A stretch of DNA of 64,000 nucleotides from an uncultured Chloroflexia bacterium (GCA_963750275.1 CAVVQC010000005.1:417258-481257); one strand, 5' to 3'. Positions 45,808 through 55,681 are shown, counted from the stretch's first letter. Translations and numbers: made by a program. Notes: generated by a model not told the origin, from the letters alone.

Positions 45808-46998
45808 ATGAGCAACGGCAGCTTGCTAGTCGGGCAGTCCGGCGGAGCGACCGCAGTGATCAATGCGTCCCTGGTAGGGGTGATCGAGGCCGCACTCACG
45901 TCGAATCGGTTCGATACGGTACTCGGAATGCGACATGGCTTTTCCGGTTTGCTGGCCGAGGATTTCATCGATCTGACCCATATGTCGACCTCGAGGCTGG
46001 CGTCACTCCAGGTCACTCCAGGATCGGCGCTCGGCACCGGGCGGCTCAAAGTCACCGACGACGATCTCGATCGTGCGGTCGAAATTCTCCGCCGTCACGA
46101 CGTGCGCGGCGTGGTGCTGATCGGAGGAAACGACTCTGCCGATACGGCGCTCAAACTCAACCTGCGCACCGAAGGCGCAATTCCGTCAGTACTCGCTCCA
46201 AAAACGGTCGACAACGATCTGATGGAAACCGATTTCTGTCCAGGGTTCCCGTCCGCCGCCAAATTCCTTGCGAACCTGGTGCGTGACGCAACCTGGGATT
46301 CGCTCTCTGCTCCCCAGCTCTATCCCGTCAAACTGATCGAGGTGCCTGGTCGCGATGCGGGTTGGCTGCCGCTCAGTGGTGCGCTCGGTTTCGCGGAACG
46401 GGATGTCGATCTGCAACCCCTGGTGTTCGTGCCAGAGTCGCCACCGGAGTCGGTGGAAGCGATGGTGACCGCGATCACTGATCGCATTGCCACGCATGGC
46501 TTCGCAGTCGCCATCGTGCCCGAAACGCTGCGCGACGCAGCGGGCAACCATCTTGGTGGCAACGAGCCGGACTATGTCGATCCATTCGGTCATCCCTACT
46601 TCGCGTCTGCGGGTGAAGGGATCGCCAAACGCCTGCGAGACACCGGGGGGATACGCGCGCGAGTCGAGCGGCCAGGATCGGCCATACGCATGTCGATGTC
46701 ACTGTCCTCTCCCATAGATCTCAGCCTCGCTTACCTGAGCGGCCGGTTTGCGGTCGAGGGCGTGATCCAGGGGCATGGCGGCGTCATGGCCGCGGTCGAG
46801 CGAGTCGATGCCTTTCCGCCAGGGTTCACGACCCACAACGTCGAGCTGGGCAAGGTGGCGAATCGCGTTCGTTCGCTTCCTCAGGCATACTTCGATGACC
46901 GGAAGCTGGCGCCCACCGAGAACTTCGCAGGGTACGCGCTTCCCCTGCTCGGACCCGATCCGTTTCCACCGTATCAACGGTTCGATCCGGCAACCTGA
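45808..46998 (+). CDS. pfk: 6-phosphofructokinase (PfkA family, long/PPi-type-like)
   Basis: The motifs LLVGQSGGATAVINASL, VVLIGGNDSADTA and PKTVDNDL are present, with the start ATG at 45808. Confidence 0.85.
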   Translation: MSNGSLLVGQSGGATAVINASLVGVIEAALTSNRFDTVLGMRHGFSGLLAEDFIDLTHMSTSRLASLQVTPGSALGTGRLKVTDDDLDRAVEILRRHDVRGVVLIGGNDSADTALKLNLRTEGAIPSVLAPKTVDNDLMETDFCPGFPSAAKFLANLVRDATWDSLSAPQLYPVKLIEVPGRDAGWLPLSGALGFAERDVDLQPLVFVPESPPESVEAMVTAITDRIATHGFAVAIVPETLRDAAGNHLGGNEPDYVDPFGHPYFASAGEGIAKRLRDTGGIRARVERPGSAIRMSMSLSSPIDLSLAYLSGRFAVEGVIQGHGGVMAAVERVDAFPPGFTTHNVELGKVANRVRSLPQAYFDDRKLAPTENFAGYALPLLGPDPFPPYQRFDPAT

Positions 46999-47010
46999 GG
47001 ACCTGTTTCT

Positions 47011-48978
47011 ATGAGAGATCTCTTTCGCCGAAGACGTGGCGCTCCCGGAGGAGCCGAGCAGTCGAGCGTGGTGCTGTCGGATCGACAGCATGAGCTGGTC
47101 GACGAAGAGCTCGCGATTCTGACACGGCTCGGCGTGCTGCTCGACGACTATCCCGCTACCGAAGAAGACCGACATCAGATCTCTGACGCCAAGGAGCAGC
47201 TCACCTCCCTCTTCATGCTGGTCGTGGTGGGCGAGTTCAATGCCGGCAAATCCGCCTTCATCAATGCCCTGATCGGGGGACAGATCCTGCCAGAAGGCGT
47301 CACCCCCACCACCGCCGTGATCAACATCCTGACCTATGGGCCGCAGAGCAGCGAGCGGCGGTTGGGCGATGGCAGCATCGAACGAACCTATCCCGCGCCG
47401 TTTTTGATGGATATCACGGTGGTCGATACCCCGGGGACCAACGCCATCATCCGCGAGCACGAGACATTGACCCAGAAGTTCGTGCCCCGCTCGGACATCG
47501 TCTTTTTCGTGACCTCGGCCGACCGGCCCTTCACCGAATCCGAACGCGAGTTCATGGAAGGGGTGAAGGACTGGGGGAAGAAGATCGTGGTGGTCATCAA
47601 CAAGATCGACCTCCTGCGCGATCAGTCCAGCATCAAACAGGTCATCGAGTTCGTGGACACGAACATCTCCCGCTTGATTGGCATCGCTCCCGAGATCTTT
47701 CCGGTTTCCTCCCTGCAGGCACAACAAGCGAACGAGCTCGCTGGCCGCAATCTGACGGAGAGCGAGCGGCTCTGGGATGAGAGCCGCTTCGGGAACCTGC
47801 AAAACTACATCTTCGAAACACTGGATGAGGAAGGGCGCATCCGGCTCAAGTTGCTCAGCCCGCTTGGCACCGCCCAGCACCTGGCCGGTACCTACCTCAA
47901 GACCACCAACGAACGTCTGGCAGTCCTGACCGAGGATATCGAGACGCTGCGCACCATCGATCGGCAGCTCGAGCTTTATCAGGAAGACATGCGCAAGCAG
48001 TTCGCCTATCACCTCGATCGGATCGAGAACATCATCAGCAAGATGAACGCGCGCGGGGATGACTTCTTCGAAGACACCATTCGCATTGGGCGCGTCATCG
48101 ATCTCATGAACAAGGACAAGATCAAAGCCGAGTTCGAGAAAAAGGTGGTGGGCGATACCGAACAGGAGATTGACGCCACCATTAACGAGCTGATCGACTG
48201 GATGGTGGAGCAAGATCTGCGCACCTGGGAATCGATCAATGCCTATCTCGATCGCCGTCGCCTGGCTCAATACGAGGACCAGATGATCGGCGAGGTCAGT
48301 AGCCAGTTCCGCTATGACCGGCGCGCCTTACTCGATTCCGTCTCCAAACGCGCGCAAGAAGAAGTCGATCGCTACGATCCGGAGCAATCGGCAAACGACC
48401 TGTCGCTCTCGGTGCGGAATGCGGTGGCGCAAACGGCCATTGCCGAGGTTGGAGCGATCGGACTCGGCGCATTGGTCGTCGCGGCAGCGAGCACGGTTGC
48501 GGTCGATGTGACGGGCATCGTGGCCGCCAGTTTGCTTGCCGGGCTGGGGCTCTTCATCCTGCCACGGAAGCGCAGGCAGACTCGCGAGGAATTTCGCAAA
48601 CGCTCCAGTGAGCTGGAGCAGAACCTGATCGGTGTCATGAACGAGCAATTCGAGCACGAGCTGCAGCGTTCGGTGCAGCGCATGGAAAACGCGATCGCTC
48701 CCTATTCACGCTTCGTGCGCGATCAGCACGCCAAGCTGACGATCACCAAAGAGGAGCTCGACCAAATCGTGGCGGATCTCCGGGGAATGCGCTTCAAGAT
48801 CGGCGGCGCGGAGGAATCTGTTCCAGCCCTGCAAGCCGGATTGCGGCCTTGGTCGCCCGATGAGCAACCGAAGCCCGACTACCGTATCCAGCGGAGCTCA
48901 CCGAATGAGGAGTCTGCCGTGACTGAGCCAGCGTCCTCGACCACCAGCACCCGGAAACTCTTCCATTCATCGAGTTGA
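47011..48978 (+). CDS. bacterial dynamin-like GTPase
   Basis: It has G1 GEFNAGKSAFINAL, G3 DTPGTNA and G4 VINKIDL, long helical regions, and a hydrophobic hairpin AIGLGALVVAAASTVAVDVTGIVAASLLAGLGLFILP. Confidence 0.85.
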   Translation: MRDLFRRRRGAPGGAEQSSVVLSDRQHELVDEELAILTRLGVLLDDYPATEEDRHQISDAKEQLTSLFMLVVVGEFNAGKSAFINALIGGQILPEGVTPTTAVINILTYGPQSSERRLGDGSIERTYPAPFLMDITVVDTPGTNAIIREHETLTQKFVPRSDIVFFVTSADRPFTESEREFMEGVKDWGKKIVVVINKIDLLRDQSSIKQVIEFVDTNISRLIGIAPEIFPVSSLQAQQANELAGRNLTESERLWDESRFGNLQNYIFETLDEEGRIRLKLLSPLGTAQHLAGTYLKTTNERLAVLTEDIETLRTIDRQLELYQEDMRKQFAYHLDRIENIISKMNARGDDFFEDTIRIGRVIDLMNKDKIKAEFEKKVVGDTEQEIDATINELIDWMVEQDLRTWESINAYLDRRRLAQYEDQMIGEVSSQFRYDRRALLDSVSKRAQEEVDRYDPEQSANDLSLSVRNAVAQTAIAEVGAIGLGALVVAAASTVAVDVTGIVAASLLAGLGLFILPRKRRQTREEFRKRSSELEQNLIGVMNEQFEHELQRSVQRMENAIAPYSRFVRDQHAKLTITKEELDQIVADLRGMRFKIGGAEESVPALQAGLRPWSPDEQPKPDYRIQRSSPNEESAVTEPASSTTSTRKLFHSSS

Positions 48979-51531
48979 ACTGCTCTCCACCAGTCCACGC
49001 TTGAACGCGAGTGCGGTCGCGGCTGCCCGGTTGCGGCATTCGAGCTTTGCCAGAATACGGGTGACATGGTGATTGGCGGTTTTCGGGGTAATGAAGAGCG
49101 CCTCAGCAATCTGTTTGTCCGTGTTGCCCAGAGTAATGAGTCGCAGCACCTCGAGCTCACGGGCGGTGAGATGGGCAGTGTGCGGCTCGGTTTGGCGCGC
49201 CGGGGAGGGGGTCTTCTGTGTACTACAGGCACGCGCCAGGACGAGCGCGTCGATCCGGGCTTCGGCCAGGGTTAACTGCCGCCCGGCTTCAAGGTCTCGC
49301 TCGAATGTCGTTTCTCCCTGCGCCTGCCGTAGCCGCTTCTGGATCGAGGCAATTCGATCAGCGGCCGGTCCAACGGGATAGACGCCGTGCCGGTCCTGTT
49401 CCGCGCGCACGGCTCCGAGGAGACGAACCGCGGTCTCCGGATGAAGCTCGATCCCCAGCTCGGCAATGAGACCGATCAGATCGGCTTGCGCCAGTTCATC
49501 ATTGATCGCGGTGTATCCGCCCAATGCTTCGATGTAATTCGCGGAAGCCGCTGCCTGGTCGCCCCGGGCTAACGCCGCCTCGCCAAGATTGGTGCGCGCT
49601 GCAGACGCCACATCCTGCGCACCAATCCGCAAGGCGATCTCCAGAATACGGCGCGATTCACGGACTGACTCTTCCGGATCGTCCAGTACCTCACACAGAT
49701 TGAGCAGGGTTGCCGCCACCCCGTATTCATCTCCGAGACGTTCCCGAAGGACCAGGCTTTCTGCGAGGAGCTTCCGCGACGTTGCATGATCGCCCAACCG
49801 CTGCCGGGCTACTGCCGCGTTCGACAAACTGGTGGATAACATCCACGGATCGCCGAATGTGCGCAGTTCCGGCAGCAGATCGAAGAAGATGCGGTCCGCC
49901 TCCTGGACTGCGCCCTTGCGCAAATACGCAACGCCTATCGAACCGCGGGCCACGATGGTGGTTCGCGGCTCGGCAATGGGATCGGAAAGCTCTCTCGCTT
50001 TTTCGAACGCCGCCACTGCTTCATCGAATCGACCGAGATTGCTGTAGACATTGCCAAGATCGATCTGCGATTGTGCCAACCCTGTCCGGTCGCCCAGCTC
50101 GTCCCAGATTGCAATAGCGCGTCGATTTAGATCGAGCGCCGTTTCGTTGTCGTAGGTTGTCTCGGCGACGATCGCGGCAGCCCGGAGCCCGTACCCCCAA
50201 ACGCGCGTTGCTTTGGATTCCCCCATCGCAAAAATAGCCGCAAAGATCTGTTTCGATTCTTCCCATTGCGTGCGAATGAGCCAGTAGCGACTGAGCGCGG
50301 TTGCCATGCGCAATGCCGCCTCCTGGTCGCCCCGGTCGATCAGAAACTCGAGTGCCTGCCGCAGGTTGGGCATCGAGCGATTCAATCGGTCGACCGCGAG
50401 CTGTTGGCCCGGACTCGTCAGTTCGGGTTCCAACTGCTCGGCAAGCTGCAGAAAGGAGGTGGCATGTCGTTCCCGCAGTAACGGCTCGTCCCCCGACGCC
50501 TGAAGCTGCTCGACAGCGTAGTCATGAATCGAGCTCAACATCCGGTAGCGCGGAAGTCCGGCCGGATCATCTTCCGTCCGCATCAGGAGTGCCTGATCGT
50601 AAAGCGATTCGATCACATCGATCGTTGCCCGGCTTCCGGATGAGCAAATCTCATCGACCGCTTCCAGGGTGAACGACTCGAAGAAGATCCCCAGCTCGCG
50701 CACCATCCGTTGCTCGTCGCTGTCCAGCAAGTCGTAGCTCCAGCCGATCGCTGCGCGGAGAGTGCGATGCCGCTCAGACACATCGATTGGACCACCGGTG
50801 AGCACGGAGAGTTGATTCGTCAGCACCGCAAGCAAGGCCGGAAGTGAGAGCACTCGTAATCGCGCGGCTGCCAGCTCGATCGCCAGCGGCAAGCCATCCA
50901 ACCGGGTGCAAATCGTCTCGACGGTCGCAAGATCCGCTTCGGTGAGCGTGCCGAGTTTGCCACTTCGGGAGCCACGGTCGAGAAAGATCTGGGCCTCGAC
51001 CGATGGTCCATCCATATGCTCGCGATTGGAGCTTGTAGTCAATGGCTCGACTGGAAGCAGATATTCGCCCGAGATATGCAACGGTGCTCGGCTAGTGGTC
51101 ACCAGACGGAGTCCCGGCAATGCCCGGAGCAGCGCGGCGAGGTCGGCGGCGGCACTCAGCAAGTGCTCCATGTTGTCGATCAGGAGCATCAGTTGTGTGC
51201 CCGCTAGATGCTCGGAAAGCAGCTCACCCACCAGGCCACCGGCGCTCCGGTCGATACCCAGCAAATCGACAATCTCGGGCAGGAGCCGTTCAGCACGATC
51301 CACCCCGATCCCATCCACGAAGAGCATCTGGCCGGGATCGACCCTCTTCAGGGCTTCGACCAGGAGCCGGGTCTTGCCGACCCCGCCTGGCCCGACCAGG
51401 GTAATCACGCGTTCGGTGGGATCGTCGAGCAACTGCGTCAGTTGGTCGAGCTCGGAGACGCGGCCGAAAAAGCGAGTGAGATAGACCGGCAGGCGAGGAT
51501 CGTTGCGTTGTGTGAGAAGGGCTAGGACCAT
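48967..51531 (-). CDS. STAND-type (P-loop NB-ARC-like + TPR) LuxR-family regulator, paralog of 30551..33115
   Basis: It has GPGGVGKTRLL, MLLIDNMEHLL and LDGLPLAIELAAARL, then a TPR-like region. The C-terminus is LTARELEVLRLITLGNTDKQIAEALFITPKTANHHVTRILAKL, and the start is the ATG at 51531. Confidence 0.85.
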   Translation of the reverse strand: MVLALLTQRNDPRLPVYLTRFFGRVSELDQLTQLLDDPTERVITLVGPGGVGKTRLLVEALKRVDPGQMLFVDGIGVDRAERLLPEIVDLLGIDRSAGGLVGELLSEHLAGTQLMLLIDNMEHLLSAAADLAALLRALPGLRLVTTSRAPLHISGEYLLPVEPLTTSSNREHMDGPSVEAQIFLDRGSRSGKLGTLTEADLATVETICTRLDGLPLAIELAAARLRVLSLPALLAVLTNQLSVLTGGPIDVSERHRTLRAAIGWSYDLLDSDEQRMVRELGIFFESFTLEAVDEICSSGSRATIDVIESLYDQALLMRTEDDPAGLPRYRMLSSIHDYAVEQLQASGDEPLLRERHATSFLQLAEQLEPELTSPGQQLAVDRLNRSMPNLRQALEFLIDRGDQEAALRMATALSRYWLIRTQWEESKQIFAAIFAMGESKATRVWGYGLRAAAIVAETTYDNETALDLNRRAIAIWDELGDRTGLAQSQIDLGNVYSNLGRFDEAVAAFEKARELSDPIAEPRTTIVARGSIGVAYLRKGAVQEADRIFFDLLPELRTFGDPWMLSTSLSNAAVARQRLGDHATSRKLLAESLVLRERLGDEYGVAATLLNLCEVLDDPEESVRESRRILEIALRIGAQDVASAARTNLGEAALARGDQAAASANYIEALGGYTAINDELAQADLIGLIAELGIELHPETAVRLLGAVRAEQDRHGVYPVGPAADRIASIQKRLRQAQGETTFERDLEAGRQLTLAEARIDALVLARACSTQKTPSPARQTEPHTAHLTARELEVLRLITLGNTDKQIAEALFITPKTANHHVTRILAKLECRNRAAATALAFKRGLVESSSTR

Positions 51532-51728
51532 GGAGTGGTTCGGTTCACTGGAGCATCCTGCCTGTCGCTGATCATTATGCCGCAGAACAGTACGAGTAAT
51601 ACGTAGTTCATGCCGGACAAATATAGGGTGATTACCCGATGTCTCGATGAATCCATGAGTTGACCATGAAGCGGTGCCGAATGACGTCACACGGGCAAGA
51701 TTGCCGATATGGGTTAAGGAGAACATGG

Positions 51729-52616
51729 ATGAAACGATTCGTCATAATTGCGACGCTGCTTTTGCTACTCGGTCTTACGTCCCAGGGAATCGCTGCACAA
51801 GACGCGTCTCCCACCGCAAACGGCACCCCCGCGGCTCCCCTCCTCGATGCGCTGGGGTATCCAACGCTCTCCATCGGCTTCGATGGAACAACCGTGACAG
51901 CCCCAACCCAACTGGATGCGGGCCGATATATGGTCAATATCTCCAACACCTCGGGTGCGCCCATCCAGGTCCTCACCCTCATGGGAGCTACGAACGATCT
52001 CACCGTCGATGACATTATGTCTGGCCTGCAGTCAGCGGACACAAGCCAGGGTCCGCCGCCGATTTACTACCAGACGAAAGTCGTCGAAGTGAGCACCGAA
52101 CTCCCCAGCGTGATCACCCTGAGCTCAGGCGACTATGTGGTGATGGCGCTCGGCGATGGCCCACCTGCGGTCACGACATTGACGGTGAGCGGCGATCTGC
52201 CTGCCTATGACGCCATCCAGGATGCCGTGAGCGTGGACCTGCATGAAATGGCGATCGACATGCCGGACACCGTTCCTGCAGGAGACCACATCTGGCAGAT
52301 CGAAAACACTGGTGCGATGCCACACATGTTTGAAGTCATGAAAACCACCGGCCCGGTTACCGATGACGAAATCATGAACGGCATCATGCTGGAAATGGGC
52401 GACCCGGGAGCAACTCCGGTTGCGAGTGGTTCGGTTGGCGACCCGACCACCTTCGTTCCCGTGACAGGCACTGGCGCCTTCGCCAGCGGCCTGACAGAGC
52501 TGATTCAGGCGAATCTCGAGCCTGGAACGTACGTCGCTCTTTGCTTCGTCCAGGGACCTGGGGACGTGGGCTTGCACGCCATGATGGGGATGTACAAGAT
52601 CTTCACGGTCGAGTAG
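51729..52616 (+). CDS. secreted two-domain protein with cupredoxin-like C-terminal domain (paralog 3)
   Basis: AAGGAG lies 9 nt before the ATG at 51729. The signal peptide is MKRFVIIATLLLLLGLTSQGIAAQ. It carries IENTGAMPHMFEV ... EPGTYVALCFVQGPGDVGLHAMMGMYKIFTV. Confidence 0.72.
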   Translation: MKRFVIIATLLLLLGLTSQGIAAQDASPTANGTPAAPLLDALGYPTLSIGFDGTTVTAPTQLDAGRYMVNISNTSGAPIQVLTLMGATNDLTVDDIMSGLQSADTSQGPPPIYYQTKVVEVSTELPSVITLSSGDYVVMALGDGPPAVTTLTVSGDLPAYDAIQDAVSVDLHEMAIDMPDTVPAGDHIWQIENTGAMPHMFEVMKTTGPVTDDEIMNGIMLEMGDPGATPVASGSVGDPTTFVPVTGTGAFASGLTELIQANLEPGTYVALCFVQGPGDVGLHAMMGMYKIFTVE

Positions 52617-52639
52617 TCACCGAAGCATCCAACGTTGCC

Positions 52640-52683
52640 GATTCCCGGAGGTCATCCAGATCGCCGGGAATCATCCTTTTTCT
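52640..52683 (+). terminator. Rho-independent terminator after paralog 3
   Basis: There is a 9-bp stem GATTCCCGG/CCGGGAATC with a 15-nt loop, followed by ATCCTTTTTCT. Confidence 0.5.
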
Positions 52684-52797
52684 GCCAGACGACCAATCAC
52701 ATGTTCAAGATTCAGGATCAGCAGTACGCGTGTCTTCGGACAGCAACAAGGCCGGGAATTGTTCCCGGCCCTGCGCATTGCTGGAATCTCGCCTGGG

Positions 52798-53349
52798 TTA
52801 CCCCGCCGCCGGGCTCCCCTCAGCGGGAGCGTAGAGAATATTGATAACAGCTGGCTGGTTCGGATCTGCGTTTGTGATCGTCCAACCGTCTGCGGTTGGC
52901 TCGGCGGGCCCGGAGATGTTGCGCACATCGAGACCGGCGGGTCCGCTCACGTTCGCCTTGAGCAGGGTGTATGACCCGATCGGAATGTTCAGCCACTGGT
53001 AGGAGCCATCTTCCATGCGTTGCGCGTTTTCGAGGCTAACCGTTTGGCCGTCGGGCAGCGTCATCGAGAACGCTGTGAGTTCGACCGCGCCGGCATTCAT
53101 GCACTCGCTGTCCGGGGTCGAACGCTCCGCGCAGGTGAAGGCCGATATTTGCAAACTGCCAAGCTCGACGCCGCCTTCAACTGTTGAGGCCTGGGTTGCA
53201 TTGGATTGAACCGCTTCGACGATTGCGGTCGGCGTAACGGGATCATCATTGCCACTTCGCGATCGAATCGCAATCGCCAACACGGCGATGACGCCAACCG
53301 CGATCAACGCCGCCACAATGGCGCGACGCCTGGCATCTGGGTTCTGCAC
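52798..53349 (-). CDS. membrane-anchored hypothetical protein
   Basis: The GTG at 53349 is 6 nt after GGAGGAA. It has a TM helix AIVAALIAVGVIAVLAIAI and an extracytoplasmic domain with no recognised motif. It starts 20 nt downstream of the dapF stop. Confidence 0.6.
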   Translation of the reverse strand: MQNPDARRRAIVAALIAVGVIAVLAIAIRSRSGNDDPVTPTAIVEAVQSNATQASTVEGGVELGSLQISAFTCAERSTPDSECMNAGAVELTAFSMTLPDGQTVSLENAQRMEDGSYQWLNIPIGSYTLLKANVSGPAGLDVRNISGPAEPTADGWTITNADPNQPAVINILYAPAEGSPAAG

Positions 53350-53369
53350 TGCTCGTTCCTCCAGCGCCG

Positions 53370-54239
53370 TCAGCGCACCAGCGCGTCGGGTCGAATCGAA
53401 CCGGTCATCACAATCCTGGTCTGTCCTCGCAGGGTGACCGTACGCGCCCCATTCTCACTCAGGTCGAAGCTGGCGACCAGTGACATGCCGCTCGACGCAA
53501 CGATCTCGACCGGCGAGCTTACCAATCCGCGGCTGGCACTGACCACTGCGCTGGCCACCGCGCCAGTGCCGCAGGCGAGGGTTTCCGCCTCGACACCACG
53601 TTCATAGGTGCGCATTCGCAGGCGGTTCTCGCCGAGCAGGGAAACGACGTTCACATTGGTCCCATCAGGAAGAAATGCATCGGATCGGCGAATTGCCCGG
53701 CCAATCCGCTCCAGCCCGGCTCGGTCGGCAAAGGTATCCGCATCGTCCACGTAGAGCACACAATGCGGAACACCAACCTCGATCGGGATCAGCTCGAAGA
53801 CCGCTTCGCCGACCGCGACCGATCGCGGCGCTTCCACAGCACCGGTGTCCGGCATGGTCAGTGCCACCTGACCCGTGACACCCTGGACCTGAGCTCGCAC
53901 GACTCCGCTCATGGTGGAGAAGGCCATGTCGGGATTCGCAGCACCGATGAGCTCGGCGAAGCGCGCGCCGCACATGGCCCCGTTTCCGCACATCTCGCCC
54001 TCCGAGCCATCAGCATTGAAATAGCGCCATCGGAAATCAGTCTCCGGATCGATCGGATCCTCGATCAACACCACCCCGTCAGCTCCGATCGACATCGCGC
54101 GCCGTGAGACGAGCTCACTAAACGTGCTCAGATCAACCTCGTCCAACACGCCTGCCCGGTTATCGATCACGACGAAGTCGTTGCCCGAGCCATGCATTTT
54201 CATGAAATCGATCGGCAATTGGTCTACGAAACGATGCAC
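53370..54239 (-). CDS. dapF: diaminopimelate epimerase
   Basis: It contains FMKMHGSGNDFVVID, YFNADGSEGEMCGNGAMC and the second catalytic Cys in ETLACGTGA. The start (GTG 54239, TTG 54218 or ATG 54203) is uncertain. Confidence 0.85.
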   Translation of the reverse strand: MHRFVDQLPIDFMKMHGSGNDFVVIDNRAGVLDEVDLSTFSELVSRRAMSIGADGVVLIEDPIDPETDFRWRYFNADGSEGEMCGNGAMCGARFAELIGAANPDMAFSTMSGVVRAQVQGVTGQVALTMPDTGAVEAPRSVAVGEAVFELIPIEVGVPHCVLYVDDADTFADRAGLERIGRAIRRSDAFLPDGTNVNVVSLLGENRLRMRTYERGVEAETLACGTGAVASAVVSASRGLVSSPVEIVASSGMSLVASFDLSENGARTVTLRGQTRIVMTGSIRPDALVR

Positions 54240-54343
54240 CAGTCTCACGCTCCCCCGTGTGCGATCCCCGGATGCGAACCGAGTTGGCGTATTGTGTACT
54301 GCATCGGACCTGGATGTGAAACACGAACGGGAGATGCACAGCG

Positions 54344-55339
54344 ATGGCAAGCAAGCTGGCAGTCGGCGTCGATTTCGGGGGAACCAAGCTGCTTGCGGCG
54401 GTGGTCGACGTCACCTCAGGCGAAATTCTGAGTTCGTCCAAGAAGAAAACCAATCCGGACGACGACGCCAAGGCGCTCATGGAGCGGATGTATAGCGGAA
54501 TCGACGATGCCATCGAGAGTGCTGGTCTGAAAAAGAAGGAGGCCATCGTCGGGATCGGGGTCGGCATTGCCGGGCAGATCGATACCGACAAGGGCATTTT
54601 GCTCGGTGCGCCGAACCTAAGTCAGGCGACAGTCGATCTGCCGATTGCCGACCTGCTGCGCGAGCGCTACGACGTCCCCGCAGCTCTGCTCAACGATGTC
54701 CAGGTGGCGGCGGTCGGCGAAGGAACGTTCGGCGCCGGCAAGGGATGCGACGACTTTTTCTGTGTCTTCGTCGGTACCGGAGTGGGTGGTGCCATCGTTC
54801 ACAATGGACAGCTTTATACCGGCGCCAGCGGTACCGCCGGGGAGATCGGTCATCTGATCATCCACGCCAACGGCCGGCACTGCGGTTGCGGTGGCCGTGG
54901 CCACCTGGAAGCCTACGCCTCCCGCACGGCTATCACCCGCATCATCCTTGGTGAATTGAAACGCGGGCGAAAATCGGTCCTCACCAAGCTGGAACCAACG
55001 CTGGCGGACGGAAACAGCGACGGGAGTGCGCTACGTTCTGGGTTGTTGGCCAAAGCAATGAAGGAAAACGACACACTGGTGACCGAAACTCTGACCGAAG
55101 CCGGCACCGATCTGGGACTTGGGCTCGCCTCGGTCATCAATCTGCTCAATCCAGCGCGTATCGTCATGGGCGGCGGGGTGATCGAGGCGGTCGACTATCT
55201 ATTCGAGGTCGCATCGCAACGTGCCTTCCGCGAAGCGCTCCCCACGGCCGCCAAGGGAACGGAGATCGTGCGCGCCAAACTCGGGGACAATGCTGGCATC
55301 GTCGGCGCGGCCATCCATGGGGCAAGCAAAGCGAGCTAG
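54344..55339 (+). CDS. ROK-family glucokinase
   Basis: It has VGVDFGGTKL, GIGVGIAGQID and the zinc motif HANGRHCGCGGRGHLEAYAS. Confidence 0.85.
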   Translation: MASKLAVGVDFGGTKLLAAVVDVTSGEILSSSKKKTNPDDDAKALMERMYSGIDDAIESAGLKKKEAIVGIGVGIAGQIDTDKGILLGAPNLSQATVDLPIADLLRERYDVPAALLNDVQVAAVGEGTFGAGKGCDDFFCVFVGTGVGGAIVHNGQLYTGASGTAGEIGHLIIHANGRHCGCGGRGHLEAYASRTAITRIILGELKRGRKSVLTKLEPTLADGNSDGSALRSGLLAKAMKENDTLVTETLTEAGTDLGLGLASVINLLNPARIVMGGGVIEAVDYLFEVASQRAFREALPTAAKGTEIVRAKLGDNAGIVGAAIHGASKAS

Positions 55340-55366
55340 CACGCAGTAAATGGTAGGTCGAACCAC

Positions 55367-55390
55367 AGCAGGTCCAGCCTGCTTGTTTTG
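55367..55390 (+). terminator. weak hairpin terminator after the glucokinase gene
   Basis: AGCAGG-TCCAG-CCTGCT is followed by TGTTTTG. The stem is only 6 bp. Confidence 0.35.
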
Positions 55391-55681
55391 CGACTTGCCA
55401 CTTGCGTATCTGCGTGGCGCGTGCCGTGGATTCTTTTCGGCCCTCACAATCGCATGCTAGACTCCCTCTACGGTCAGCGATACATTGATAATTGAGCTGA
55501 TCGTTGTCAATTCGCTATTCATGAGCTCAGTGGTTAAAGCTGTTAATGGCGGTTCGAAGGGTGAGTTCGGCTCTACAGGCAGTATTTCTACACGTCACTG
55601 CAATGGGTTCCTCCTTACAATCCCGAATCGAACGGAAAGCCAGACTGCATAACCGTTGGTCGTCTCGAGAGGACCTCGGTG

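Noticed and set aside
46699-48270. A 523-aa ORF antisense to the dynamin-like gene. Similar long antisense or out-of-frame ORFs occur at 23719-24870, 12700-13749, 17413-18687, 28257-29495, 5978-6934, 41871-42836 and 30566-31192.
   Set aside because: These have Arg/Gly/Asp/His-rich, motif-free translations, and each lies opposite a gene with clear family signatures. Long stop-free antisense frames are the expected artefact in GC-rich DNA.
55551-55570. GGTTCGAAGG, and GGTTCGATCC at 46978, resembling tRNA T-arm sequences.
   Set aside because: No acceptor, D or anticodon stems can be built around either one. The second lies inside the pfk coding sequence.
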